NCBI RefSeq assembly: GCF_001194135.2
Contig: NC_069002.1
Coordinates: 33,991,049 to 34,055,048, forward strand
Length of the DNA stretch: 64,000 bases
From: Octopus bimaculoides
Taxonomy: Eukaryota
Direction: 5' to 3'
Under the pieces are notes generated by a model. It was given only the letters and a program-made list of their open reading frames with translations, made no database searches and was not told the DNA's origin. Both the position numbers and the translations under genes were made by a program. Of this stretch, positions 11,480 through 24,539 are shown piece after piece. Each line of letters begins with the position of its first letter. Positions within the stretch are counted from its first letter, which is position 1.

Positions 11480-11990
11480 ATGTATTTATGAGGGAATGAT
11501 CCGTGGAGATGAGAGATAGGCTCCCCACAGTTGGGCAGAGTTGCTAGCGAGAAAGAAATCTGAGAAAACCTTCCACAGAAAATGTAATGCTCAACAGTTT
11601 TGGGGAGTGGACCTAAAGCAGTCACCAGTGTAATCCACAGAGAAATGGAGGCCAACAAACGGAAACCAGCAATCTGCCCCAAACACCGACGTCTATTGCA
11701 GAAGAAAGCGTTACATTTGTACAACAATGCATGACCGCCCACACCATTGAAACCTTTGGATAATTGGGTTTCGAGTGATTGGAACAGCCTGCATATCGTG
11801 CATATTACCTACTGTTCGACTACTACCTCTTTGAACCACGCACACATCCTTCACGAGGTCGACAATTATCTATGGACGACGAAGTGAAGGCGGCACTACA
11901 TAAATGACTGCATGACTTCGAAAATCTTCGATAGAATAAGCAAGCTTGTGAACTACTAGAAACAGCGTACAGAAAATAACTATTCAACCT
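11480..11990 (+). mobile_element. Decayed mariner (DD34D-type) transposase
   Basis: Stitched translation MIRGDE (ITGDE motif), PSTENVMLNSFWE (PSAGKVMLTVFWD), NKRKPAICPKHRRLLQKKALHLYNNA*P (HDNARPH), DYYLFEP, DDEVKAALHK*L; many lesions. Confidence 0.7.
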
Positions 11991-13347
11991 CTGCTTATAG
12001 AAACAAGATTGCGGACTTAACCTCGTATGTTTAAGATATCCGTAAGTTCTATCTGCAACCAATGCCGAACTATGCTAATTGTGGGCTATGGTATTGGGAA
12101 CATTTTGCTGAACATCATAAACATCATACGGTAAAATGTATAATTTTCAAAATATTGTGCCAAACGCACACTCATATGTGTTTATGTTTACATGAACGTG
12201 TATTTATTTTTCTCTCTCAGATTTATTTTAACTAATTCCCATTGTTGCATTTGTCTCTCGATCATAGCCTATTTTTTATCCATATGCAGCAATTTCAAAT
12301 CTCTCTCCAATACACTCATTAACCAATTTTTTTTTCACATTTCCTTATGAAATGTCCGAAAGCTTGAACCGATCGGAATGCACTGTGAAGAAATTAAATA
12401 TATCTACGTAAATGAAACGCTAGATGTTTTTTTTTTTTTGTCCTCTACAATTCCAAAATAATTCTCGATAATTCTTTTAACGTTATCGTGCATTTATATC
12501 CATTTTTGACACGCGAACACATGCACATACGCGCGCGCACACACACACACAAGCACACACAAATACATACATCTACATGTAGTAAATTGCTATGTGTGTA
12601 CACTATATTCCGATATGTGTGTCGCCAGCCAAAAAGAACGTAAGTAATAAAATATTGTAATTATAAACTAGGCCAACGGTTCATGTTAAATTGATTTGTT
12701 CTTGTAGTTATGCGTTGTGACAAACATATTGAAACACCGGTTTCACAGAATCCCTTTTACTGTATAATGGAGTGCTTAATGAACAAAATCACTCAAGTGA
12801 TTAACATATGCAAATCAACGTCGTATGTATATACATTTTAAAATTAATTAAACCGATTAGAACTACCAGTGAAGTCATTCTTTTTTGAAATATATCTAAC
12901 TGTACCAGAAGCTACACACATTTTCCTACCCAATCCTGTTCATACAACGACTGGGGCAAACTAGTCGGTATACAGCACTTACTCGGTATTACCTGTATCC
13001 TCTTGGGTTTGGTTAAATCCAATACCCTCCTCAACCTTATATATATATATATNNNNNNNNNNNNNNNNNNNNNNNNNNNNNNNNNNNNNNNNNNNNNNNN
13101 NNNNNNNNNNNNNNNNNNNNNNNNNNNNNNNNNNNNNNNNNNNNNNNNNNNNNNNNNNNNNNNNNNNNNNNNNNNNNNNNNNNNNNNNNNNNNNNNNNNN
13201 NNNNNNNNNNNNNNNNNNNNNNNNNNNNNNNNNNNNNNNNNNNNNNNNNNNNNNNNNNNNNNNNNNNNNNNNNNNNNNNNNNNNNNNNNNNNNNNNNNNN
13301 NNNNNNNNNNNNNNNNNNNNNNNNNNNNNNNNNNNNNNNNNNNNNNN

Positions 13348-13389
<42 letters not shown>

Positions 13390-13473
13390 TGTGTGTGTAT
13401 GTGTATTTATGTATGTATATATATATATGTGCATTTATATGTATATGAGTGTATACATATGTGCATTTATATG

Positions 13474-13505
<32 letters not shown>

Positions 13506-13569
13506 CATATATGTGTATATATGTATATATAGTTCACAATGTACAAATAGCAAAACACTGAAGACAGAC

Positions 13570-14829
13570 AGGTGAGGGGAAAGAAATTTTGTTAGCTTGA
13601 CGCTCAGGAATAATTGACGCATCTTTGATGTTTCGAGCCCACGTTCTCCTTCACCAAGGAATGAGGAAAGAAATTACGGAAAGACGAAAGAAAACGGAAA
13701 GAGAAAATAAATGTGTCTAGTTTAACGGTTTCAGATGTTGAATTAACCGGAAGGAAGGAAGTGATTTAGGGAACGAAGTCGGTGGAAAATGAGAAAACAT
13801 GTGTGCATGGACGAGCACGAATGTATGTGTATGTGGGCAAGCTTTACCGCAGTGTGATGATTGTGAGCGTGTGTATATCTAGATGTGGGAGTGAGTGTGT
13901 GTGTCATAAAACAAGTGCATGCGCTATTTGATGTGACATGCGCATCTATATGTGTGGCAGTGTACGAGGTTGTGTGAGGTTATCATATGTCTCCGAAAAC
14001 GTATGTTCGTAACAGCCAATGTGTGCATTATGGTTTGTGAGAGCAGCATATGTGTGCGTGTATGCGCGCACGTGTGTGTATGTGACACTATTCCTGAGTG
14101 TGTATTATGTGTGTTTATGCATGAAGAACGGATGAGGTTGCTCGTCTTGTTAGTCGGTTAGTGTATTTAGGGCTGTCGGCTAAAATGTGTGTAGAAGGAG
14201 TCGATATGTGTGTTATATTCTGTGTTTGTGCATATGCATGTGTCTAACGATGCTTGTGTATGCGTGACAATGTCGGATGTATGTATATATGGGGGCCGAC
14301 CTGCATAGAAGTGTGAGGTGGAATAAGAGTGATGGATGTTAGAGGTGGGGAGGTGTTGGATGCTTGTGTTTGTAGATTGGGGAGATAGTTTGTTTGTGTG
14401 TGCCCATGTGCCTGTGCGTATGTGTAGGTGTATGCATATGATATAAGCGCATGATTGTTTGTGGTGTGGGTACAGAGTTTCACGGTGTAGATACGGTGTG
14501 TGGGTGTAGAGAAGGTTATCCAATTGCACGCATGAGGCGGAAGGAGGTAGCGTCGAGGATGGGAGAGATTGTAGGAAGACGAATAGAATATGGGTTATGA
14601 ATGGAGGCGGTAAACTTTGGTGATGAGTTTGACGAGAACGCAGCCACTGAGGGAGGAATTATAGCTACTGAAAGTCTTTACTCTCTTTTAATTGTTTCAG
14701 TCAGTTTACTGTGGCCATGCTGGAGCACCACCTTTAGTCGAGCAAATCGACCCGAGGACTTATTCTTTGTTAGCCTAGTACTTATTCTATCGGTCACTTA
14801 TGCCGAACCGCTAGATTACGGGGACGTAA

Positions 14830-14870
<41 letters not shown>

Positions 14871-15200
14871 GACGACGGGCTTCTTTCAGTTTCCGTCTAC
14901 CAAATCCACTCACAAGGCTTTGGTCGACCCGAGGTTATAGTAGAAGACACTTGCCCAAGATGCCACGCAGTGGGAATGAACCCGGAACCATGTGGTTGGT
15001 AGGCAAGCTACTTACCACGCACCCACTCCTATGGTCACTTTTTTTTAAAGCTTCAAGGAAGGTGGGAGGCGGCAGATAGAGAATGAGGTGAGATTCTGTT
15101 TGAGGAGATGGTGTAGAAGAAAAGAAAAATAGAGTTTAAGAAAATAAAAGAAATAGAAGGTAAGAAGATATATATCATCTGAAGAAGATATGATTTCTAG
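13570..15200 (-). mobile_element. Probable Penelope-like element relic, interrupted by a SINE
   Basis: Terminus at 13580-13720 is homologous in the opposite orientation to 50130-50295 and carries a degenerate hammerhead (..GGCTCGAAAC). Complex sequence continues on both sides of the SINE at 14677-15032. No RT motif recovered. Confidence 0.35.
14677..15032 (-). mobile_element. SINE family A, near full length
   Basis: High similarity to the copies at 27520-28017 and 59589-60004; the ORF track shows near-identical peptides (EDTCPRCHAVGMNPEPCGW). Confidence 0.85.
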
Positions 15201-16199
15201 TCTGAAAATTTTTATTTGAATTTAAGAAAGACATTCATATTCAATTCTGTGATTTCGAAAATAACTCTCAATTTCCACCTTAAATTAACCCGATGAATTA
15301 AATTGATACAACTTGTATTTAAATCAGAAATATTAAGAGTTAAATTAGAGACTTCTTAAATTGCACAGAAAAAAAAACAAAAACTTTGCTTGATGAATGT
15401 TTATGTAAGCACAAATAAAATAAATAAAAAATTAAAGAAAATGAAATAAAACACGATAACCAACACTTAAAACCTCCGTTTAAAAATAGATACGTATTCT
15501 CAGACCTAAACTCACAAAATTATTGGTTTAAACATTGATTTTAATTAGCAGACAAATGTTATCAAACAAACAAAGCTATATAATTATTATAAATATAGAA
15601 AAAAGAAAAAAAAGAAAAATCTCAGTGTATTTATTTTAAAAATACTGCTGGTTTATTCATTCTGTGAGTTCTGTATTTTCTTTTTTTGGTTGTGTCGTTA
15701 TTTTTACTTCATTTTGATAATTACTGCAAAAAATTTTGTCTGTAAAACAAAACAAAAAACTGAAATTATTATTTCGTGAAGATTGTAGATAATGACATAT
15801 TGTATATACATATAGCCATTAGGGTAAAGTGTTCACAGAATCAAGAAAAAAAGATTAGGTTTTTTTTTAATCAAACTTAATTCAGATTTGCAAATTACAA
15901 CAGACTAATATCCATTTACATTTAGGAAATTGTTCCAGCAATTTGAAATAAAATTGTACACACCGACATAGATGTATTTGTAGAAACACACGCACACATA
16001 TGCGCTCGCATGCGCAATCATGCAAGTGGGCTTGACGTTCGACGCATTTTGAAAATTCCGAGAGAACGTGATACATTTCAGCTTCGAATGTTTTCTCTCG
16101 GGGCACATCTTAAAAGTTATCACTGATGATCTGCAAATATTCTGTAGGTCTCTGTGCGTGTGTTCAATGCATACATACATAGATACACATATATATATA

Positions 16200-16291
16200 T
16201 ATATATAAAAGACAAAGTAGAAAATGCTAAAATACTTTTATAAAAAACATTACAGTACCGGTTTCGATCCTTGAGATCTTTTCAAGAGTAA
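16200..16291 (-). mobile_element. Penelope-type terminus with degenerate minimal hammerhead
   Basis: Minus TTACTC-TTGAAAA-GATC tcaag GATC-GAAA-CCGG-TA-CTGTAA. Confidence 0.45.
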
Positions 16292-17079
16292 ATATGAATA
16301 ATAAATTTTTGAAAAATTAAATTTGGGTAAATTTAAAAGAAAAGTCTTTTTAAAAACATATTTGTATAGTATTCAAATACTAGGGGCATTTTTCTTCTTT
16401 CTGTCTGTCTCTGTTCCACTTGTTAACTCTTGTGGGTTTGAGGTCGTATATATATATTCAATGAAAAGAAGATTAAGAAAATTCTTTAACACATCTTTAA
16501 TTGTAAGTTAGAAATGTTTGCGTACCAACTCAGTTTGCAACACAATTTACGCGAAAATCCGTATGTATGTATGTATGTATGTATGTGTGTATGCATGCAT
16601 GCATGTATGTGCAGATTTCTGTTTTATGCATGTATTCTCATCCATATAGTTGCATATCTAGACATGCTCATATATATTTAAATGATAAAATTCTTGAGAG
16701 TTTTACAGATTGTTCAGTTCCGGTGATCGATTGAATCTGTAGTCTTCGAATTAGCTTTCTCGTTTCTAGTTTTGAGAAGCCTAATTTCTCAAGATTAGTA
16801 TTTAGGCAATGTATATATATATATATATATATATNNNNNNNNNNNNNNNNNNNNNNNNNNNNNNNNNNNNNNNNNNNNNNNNNNNNNNNNNNNNNNNNNN
16901 NNNNNNNNNNNNNNNNNNNNNNNNNNNNNNNNNNNNNNNNNNNNNNNNNNNNNNNNNNNNNNNNNNNNNNNNNNNNNNNNNNNNNNNNNNNNNNNNNNNN
17001 NNNNNNNNNNNNNNNNNNNNNNNNNNNNNNNNNNNNNNNNNNNNNNNNNNNNNNNNNNNNNNNNNNNNNNNNNNNNNNN

Positions 17080-17111
<32 letters not shown>

Positions 17112-17469
17112 ATATATATATATATGTGTGTGTGTATGTATGCATCTATGATACGAACCTAGATTATAAGTCGTGATTGCTACACTATTTGGTATGTTGC
17201 ATCCAAAGTGCAACGCATGAATATAAAAGGTGCGATGGTGTGTCTGTAGATAATGGTATTTGCCTGTGATCTGAATATTGGTTTAGTAAGCCTGAAATTA
17301 AAATTGTTATGAAAAGTATTTGTATGTATCAGTTGATATTTACATGAAGATAGTGCATTTGGCTGCACAGATGTGTTGAATGTTTGTATCATGTTGTTAC
17401 GTTTGACTGTACATAGATGTTATCAATTTAACGTATGAATTTTTTGCACTTTCAACAGAGCTATGAACC

Positions 17470-18010
17470 GTGTTGGTTATGGTGGTGGTGGTGGTGGTGG
17501 TGGTGGTGTTTTAGTATTATGGTGTTGATTATGATGGTGATAATAACGATGATGTTGTTGATGATGATGATGATGATGATGTTGGCGGTGGTGCTGGTGG
17601 TGATGACAACTTCGATGACGGCAATAGTGATGGTGATGTTGTTGATGACAATGATCATCATGTTGATGATGATGATGATGATTTTGATGACAACATCGAT
17701 GACGACAACGGTGACGATAAGATGATGTTGGCAGTGGTGGTGGTGGTGATAATCATGACGATGACGCCTTCGATGACGGCCATAGATGATGACGATGTCG
17801 TTGATGTTAGCGGTGGTGGTGGTAGTGGTGGTGATGACGATGACGGTAATGGATGATGGTGATGATAATGATGATCATGATGATGACGACGACGATGACG
17901 GCAATAGATAACGTTGATGTTGTTGATGAGGATGATAATGATGATGATGGTGATGATTATGATGACACCGCCTCCGACCACCACGACGACGTGACGGTGA
18001 TGACTTCGGG
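17470..18010 (+). repeat. Cryptic (GAT/GGT/GAC)n trinucleotide repeat
   Basis: Directly visible; produces poly-M/D/H/I ORFs. Confidence 0.85.
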
Positions 18011-18619
18011 GAAAAACAACGGGTACAAAAATAGAAAAAATATATATATATATATAAAACATAGAAGGCACAGAAGGAAAAGAAAACAGAAAAAGACGTG
18101 AACAAAAGAACAAAACGAAACGACAATGATCTACATATCAACGATAAACCGTGATAAACTGTTTGAAAGAATAAAATGCAAGACAACGAAACAAAGAAAA
18201 AACAGACACAAACGCGAAGGACAGAACGATGGAAGGAATGCGATAGTAAAAAGCAAAAACAGTCTGGCAAGAATGAATCTAAGACATGAGAAAACTTGGG
18301 TGCCAGACATATGCATTCATAACTAAAGAAATGGTGGTGGTTGGTTTGGCGTTTGGTTTGTTGGTAACTCTACGCGATCGAAATGGTAAATTGCCAGAAG
18401 GGTATTTCTCTAATGCTGACCAGTATTGTTATTGATGTTGTCAAGCTTCTTTCTATTTCCTTGTTCAAAGAAGATTGGAACAGGTCTGCCGGTATATATA
18501 TANNNNNNNNNNNNNNNNNNNNNNNNNNNNNNNNNNNNNNNNNNNNNNNNNNNNNNNNNNNNNNNNATATATATAGTGGAATCCGTGGAAAGATCTGCGA
18601 GAAAGAATTTTACACTGTC

Positions 18620-18661
<42 letters not shown>

Positions 18662-18935
18662 GCGAAATGACATATAGACAAAGAGGGAGCTTTATGAGAA
18701 GTAGTATAGAAGAGAGAATATAGAAGTTGAGGCAGAGAATGGAAATGACAGGTAATTATGTAGTGATCACTTTATCATAACAGACAACAATGAATTCCAT
18801 GCATCTCACAAAATTGCTAAGATATACCGTATAATAGGCTTCCATTACATTCGTTTGTTCAGTTCTACATACTTATACACATATGCACACTTACACATCT
18901 ATGATATAATATATACAACATACAATATACATATT

Positions 18936-18980
<45 letters not shown>

Positions 18981-19819
18981 CAGCATGTTTACACACACAC
19001 ACACAACTTATATATGTATGCATGTTTATATAATTAATTACTCGTAAGATTTGTTTGAATCAATGTATTTTAATATTCAGGATACGAAGCGAGGGAAGAT
19101 ATCTGCACATGGGTGTATATACCCTATGCAAATGCATTCGTATATACCCATGCATATGCGGACATATCTTTACACTTACATATGCGCATATGAATATATA
19201 CACGCAAATATACACATATATTTGAAAATAAAGGTTACATGAAAACATATACATGTGTACCCCGTTCATGCAGATTCTTGATCCAACATAGCTAACGTTC
19301 TCGGTATGATGTTTAAAAAGAAATAAGAAACACAAATGGATTAAAGATTCACTACAGCTTTTTCAGAGCCGTTAATCATTGATGAATAATTCGATTACAT
19401 TTTGAAGATATAACTTTTACTTCACACGAAAATTTCAAAATTTGATTTGGATAAAAAAAGAAAAAAAATCAAGATCAGCAATGTGGATTGATCCTGTCAT
19501 TTAAGGATCAACTAAAAGAGGGAAAACATACAAAGGTTTACCCAGATATCTTAGGTTAAGATTTCAAGGGCCTATGGGCAATAAAACAATCTATGGGCAA
19601 TATCACATGAGATAGATGACCAGATATTTGTTTATAAATGTTCGTGTTCATAAATGCATCGAAGTGTGACACGAAAGAGTGTATGTAAAGTATGAGGTAT
19701 CCTGAATGTGCCCTTCTCTTTCTCTGAATTGGTAATAATTTCTCTTTGGGATCCGAGGCATTTATCTTCACTACCCTACGGCAATAAACATTAATCTAAC
19801 ATACCTACTCTCTCCTCAC

Positions 19820-19929
<110 letters not shown>

Positions 19930-19939
19930 TTGGTTGTAT

Positions 19940-20094
19940 AGGCGCTGGCGTGGCTGTATGGTAAGACACTTGCTTCCTAACCACATAGCGACTAATTCAG
20001 TCCCACTGTGTGGCATGTTAGTGAAGTATCGTCTACTCTAGACACGGGATGAACAAAGACTTGTGAATTTTGCAACCAGAAACTGAAACAAGCC
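19940..20094 (+). mobile_element. SINE family A, 5' half
   Basis: AGGCGCTGGCGTGGCTGTATGGTAAG..CTTGCTTCCTAACCAC..TTCAGTCCCACTG..GAAACTGAAACAAGCC. Confidence 0.7.
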
Positions 20095-20865
20095 TCATTT
20101 TCATCGTTTGACATTTGCGCATAAAAGTTTCCAACGTCAGCAAACACCAGAAAATAAAAATCATGGAAAAATATGGAATAATGAGAACACTGAAACTAGT
20201 CCTATTCAACCAAGGTAAGTATACATCATGCATCTTATCCACAAAACGGAAAATGTGAGGACGATGAAAACCACCGTGAACTAAATGAGGCTGTTTTCCA
20301 AAATAGAGGCGAACACCTTTCTCAATGTGATTGGCTTTATAGATTGTTATGTCACTAAGATATTTTCCTACTTTTCTTAACATGAAAACAATGGTAGATT
20401 TAATTCGCAAATAAAGATATTATATCCGCCAATGCGGTGTTGAGCACTAATTTTCAACGTTCGACATTTAAGTATATATATATATATATATATATATATN
20501 NNNNNNNNNNNNNNNNNNNNNNNNNNNNNNNNNNNNNNNNNNNNNNNNNNNNNNNNNNNNNNNNNNNNNNNNNNNNNNNNNNNNNNNNNNNNNNNNNNNN
20601 NNNNNNNNNNNNNNNNNNNNNNNNNNNNNNNNNNNNNNNNNNNNNNNNNNNNNNNNNNNNNNNNNNNNNNNNNNNNNNNNNNNNNNNNNNNNNNNNNNNN
20701 NNNNNNNNNNNNNNNNNNNNNNNNNNNNNNNNNNNNNNNNNNNNNNNNNNNNNNNNNNNNNNNATATATATATATATACAATGTGTCAGGAAATTTCAGT
20801 AAAATACTCTGATGGGATCGAAGAAAATCAAACGAAATTTATACTGAATAAAATATACATGCAAA

Positions 20866-22157
20866 CAGTATACAAATTTGGAACACAACACAATTAACAT
20901 TTTCAAAGATATGAACAAAATATTAATATTCAAACGTTACAGAAATATGTACGCCCTAAAGGAAATTTGCTATATTCAATATTTTATTCATTTATATTTT
21001 TACCAATTTCAGATTTTGCTGATAATTTCAATTGTAGGAAATTATTTCTCCTGGCATTTTTTCACCGTTCATTGTTATTGCATCTGTAGGAGTTCTGATT
21101 TTTGTACCGTGATGAAAATCTTCATTGTGATTAAAATGGTACTAACACGAAAAGAATTGTCTGAAGATTTGAAGAAAATTATTTTGAATTTGCACAAGAA
21201 TGGTTTAGGGTACAAGTTCATTAGGAAACGAATACATATTAGTCTTAACACAGTTGCCGAAGTAATTCAGAAGTACAGAGCTACTGGACAGTTAAGCAAA
21301 AAACATTGTCCAGGTCGTCCTTCTCTTTTAACTGCGCGTGATATTCGCCACATCCAACGTTACATGATGGACGACAGGCGTCGTACCGCTTCATCTTTGG
21401 TCTAAGAAGTGCCTTCTGTTAGTGGAACGAGTGTATCCACCCAAACACTTCACCGAAGTTTGAACCAGTATGGTCTTCATGTAAGCAATTTCACGTAGGA
21501 AGCCTGTCCTCACTACTAGGCGTAAATCAAGTCGTCTTTCTATTGCCGAAATCTATGTGAGTGAAGGGAAGGAGTTTGGGAATAAAATTCTTTTTTCTGA
21601 TGAGACTAAAATCAACTTGTTTGGGTCAGATGGTATTAAACGAGTATGGCGATGACCAGGTGAAGATAATAGTGAAAAATGCACCGTGCCTACCGTGAAA
21701 CACGGCGGAGGAAGTGTTATGCTTTGGGGATGCATGAGTGCGGCTGGTGTGGGAGGACTCGCATTTATTGAGAGAACAATACATTCTAGGCTTTATAGTA
21801 ACACATTGCAGAAAACAATGTTGAAAAACATCAATGCACTCGGACGATATTCCATGTTTCAACATGATAATGACCCTAAACACACTTCAAAGGTGATCAG
21901 TAATTTTTTATTAGATAAAAAGGTAAAGGTATTGCCTTCGCCTACCATGTCACCTGATTTAAACCTAATGCAACACCTGTAGGGTGTTTTGAAAAGAATG
22001 TTGAAGAAAAACTTAATGCACTCATTGAGTGAATTGACGGTCGCACCAAATATGGAAAGTTATCCTTGAGGGTGTGCATATTTTTGTATCATTTGAAAAT
22101 AAATATTTCGTTCATATCTTTGAAAATACTTGTTTTGTGTTCCAAATTTCACTACTG
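20866..22157 (+). mobile_element. Full-length decayed Tc1-like DNA transposon (DD34E type) with about 90-bp TIRs
   Basis: TIRs CAGTATACAAATTTGGAACAC (20866) and its near-complement ending 22157, followed by TA. Transposase from ATG 21136: MVLTRKELSEDLK..GRP..LFSDETKINLFGSDG..TVKHGGGSVMLWGCM..FQHDNDPKHTS..SPDLNLMQHL, with 34-residue spacing and the catalytic E read as Q. Stops and frameshift present. Confidence 0.92.
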
Positions 22158-23496
22158 TATAAATCTCTCTGGGAGATTTAAAAATGTATTATTACTAATA
22201 TTATTATTCGACATCTGATAGCTTCAAAGAAGGTTCTATTGCATCACTTGCAACATTTTAGTGCTGCTTAGGACTGTGAACCTTTTTTATTTTGTTTAGG
22301 GAGAATTATAGTGCATCAGTATATTTTGTTACGGTTGTTGGTTTGAGCTTTGTGTTGTATTATTGTTTGTATTGTCTGTGTGTGCAGTGCCATATGTGTT
22401 CTTCTGTTGGGTATCTGGCTTGTATGGCACATGTTGTGTGGCTTGTTCATTTTATTGGGCATTTACAATATGAGTTTATTCCTGCTTGTTTTAGGTATAG
22501 TGTTGCATTGTAATAGGCGTATATCACTTCATTTGTCCATCGTTCGACTTTGGTTTTGTTAACTGTTTGGGTACTGACATTAAGAGACGGATAGAACGAC
22601 GCCTCTCTGTATGTGACTGGATGAGTTTATTTCTAGGTGTTTTGTTCGTGCAGTACCCGACCTCCACACCCGTGAATATTACTGTCCTTATGCCAAAATA
22701 ATAAAAGATTATTTTTGTTAATGTTACTGTCATTGTTGTTGTTGATCTTAACATCATCATTTTTATAATCATCATCGTTGCTATTAAAATAACGATGAAA
22801 ATATATTCGTTTTACAATCAATTTTAGTTTTAAAAGCAAAAGAATTATACTAGGAGGATTAAAAAACTAAATATGACATAAATTTACAGAAAAAACCTAT
22901 AGAATATTAAATAAATAAAATTTTACATACGAAACTGAAAATATAAAATGAATCCATAAGAATAGCGTTTTTGTGATTGTGACTATATACGTGTTTATCT
23001 TATCTTTCTAAGGTTGTCTCAACATTTTAGGATATGTCTACGTTAGATTAACATGTGTAACTGTGTATGGCTGCTTTTGTGCTTCGATATTTGCACGACC
23101 TTGCAATCATATCTCTAAGTATAGCGATGCCTATATCTGCAAACGTGTATGAGGTATATATGTATGTGTTCACCAGTGTGTTTTTATCGGGTGTTTATGT
23201 GTACGTACATGTCGGTAGGTGACTATGATTTAATGCGTTTGTGTGCGAGTGTATTTGCATAATATTTTCCGTGTATACAGAGAACGGTATTTGTTTTCTA
23301 AATGTGTATCTCTCTGCTTGTGTTCCTATATTGACCATGTCTAAACCTTCCTTGCATATACAAGTATGAAATATCGACAATATGCCTCACTGCGTGTATA
23401 TTGATGTGTACATGCACAATTATTTGTGAATGTATTTTGTTCCATGGATTGTATGTATATATAAAAAGGAAATATCTCAACATATGTGTATGTACG

Positions 23497-23531
<35 letters not shown>

Positions 23532-24539
23532 ATCTACATATATATTTATATTTATGTAATAACTTTATATATATATATATANNNNNNNNNNNNNNNNNNN
23601 NNNNNNNNNNNNNNNNNNNNNNNNNNNNNNNNNNNNNNNNNNNNNNNNNNNNNNNNNNNNNNNNNNNNNNNNNNNNNNNNNNNNNNNNNNNNNNNNNNNN
23701 NNNNNNNNNNNNNNNNNNNNNNNNNNNNNNNNNNNNNNNNNNNNNNNNNNNNNNNNNNNNNNNNNNNNNNNNNNNNNNNNNNNNNNNNNNNNNNNNNNNN
23801 NNNNNNNNNNNNNNNNNNNNNNNNNNNNNNNNNNNNNNNNNNNNNNNNNNNNNNNNNNNNNNNNNNNNNNNNNNNNNNNNNNNNNNNNNNNNNNNNNNNN
23901 NNNNNNNNNNNNNNNNNNNNNNNNNNNNNNNNNNNNNNNNNNNNNNNNNNNNNNNNNNNNNNNNNNNNNNNNNNNNNNNNNNNNNNNNNNNNNNNNNNNN
24001 NNNNNNNNNNNNNNNNNNNNNNNNNNNNNNNNNNNNNNNNNNNNNNNNNNNNNNNNNNNNNNNNNNNNNNNNNNNNNNNNNNNNNNNNNNNNNNNNNNNN
24101 NNNNNNNNNNNNNNNNNNNNNNNNNNNNNNNNNNNNNNNNNNNNNNNNNNNNNNNNNNNNNNNNNNNNNNNNNNNNNNNNNNNNNNNNNNNNNNNNNNNN
24201 NNNNNNNNNNNNNNNNNNNNNNNNNNNNNNNNNNNNNNNNNNNNNNNNNNNNNNNNNNNNNNNNNNNNNNNNNNNNNNNNNNNNNNNNNNNNNNNNNNNN
24301 NNNNNNNNNNNNNNNNNNNNNNNNNNNNNNNNNNNNNNNNNNNNNNNNNNNNNNNNNNNNNTATATATATATATATATATATATATGAGACAGATGGTTA
24401 GATAGATAGATGTAGATACATACATACATTGTTAGTGTTCTGTTTGGTTGGCTCCTAACGGACTGTGCCACAATATAATACAAAGAAAACGTATGCATGT
24501 ATACACACATATATGTACATACTTTCATCTACATGTGTA

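Noticed and set aside
14601-15002. Recurrent peptide EDTCPRCHAVGMNPEPCGW (also at about 27900, 57100 and 59900)
   Set aside because: It is the antisense translation of the SINE A head, not a protein domain
17435-18270. Poly-Met/His/Ile ORFs
   Set aside because: Translations of trinucleotide low-complexity sequence
23341-24528. Long ORFs of 150-400 aa in the track here and at about 13000, 16700, 20400, 39400, 40500, 46000, 47000 and 60800
   Set aside because: They are runs of N plus (TA)n/(CA)n translations (IYIY, HTHT, CVCV), not coding sequence
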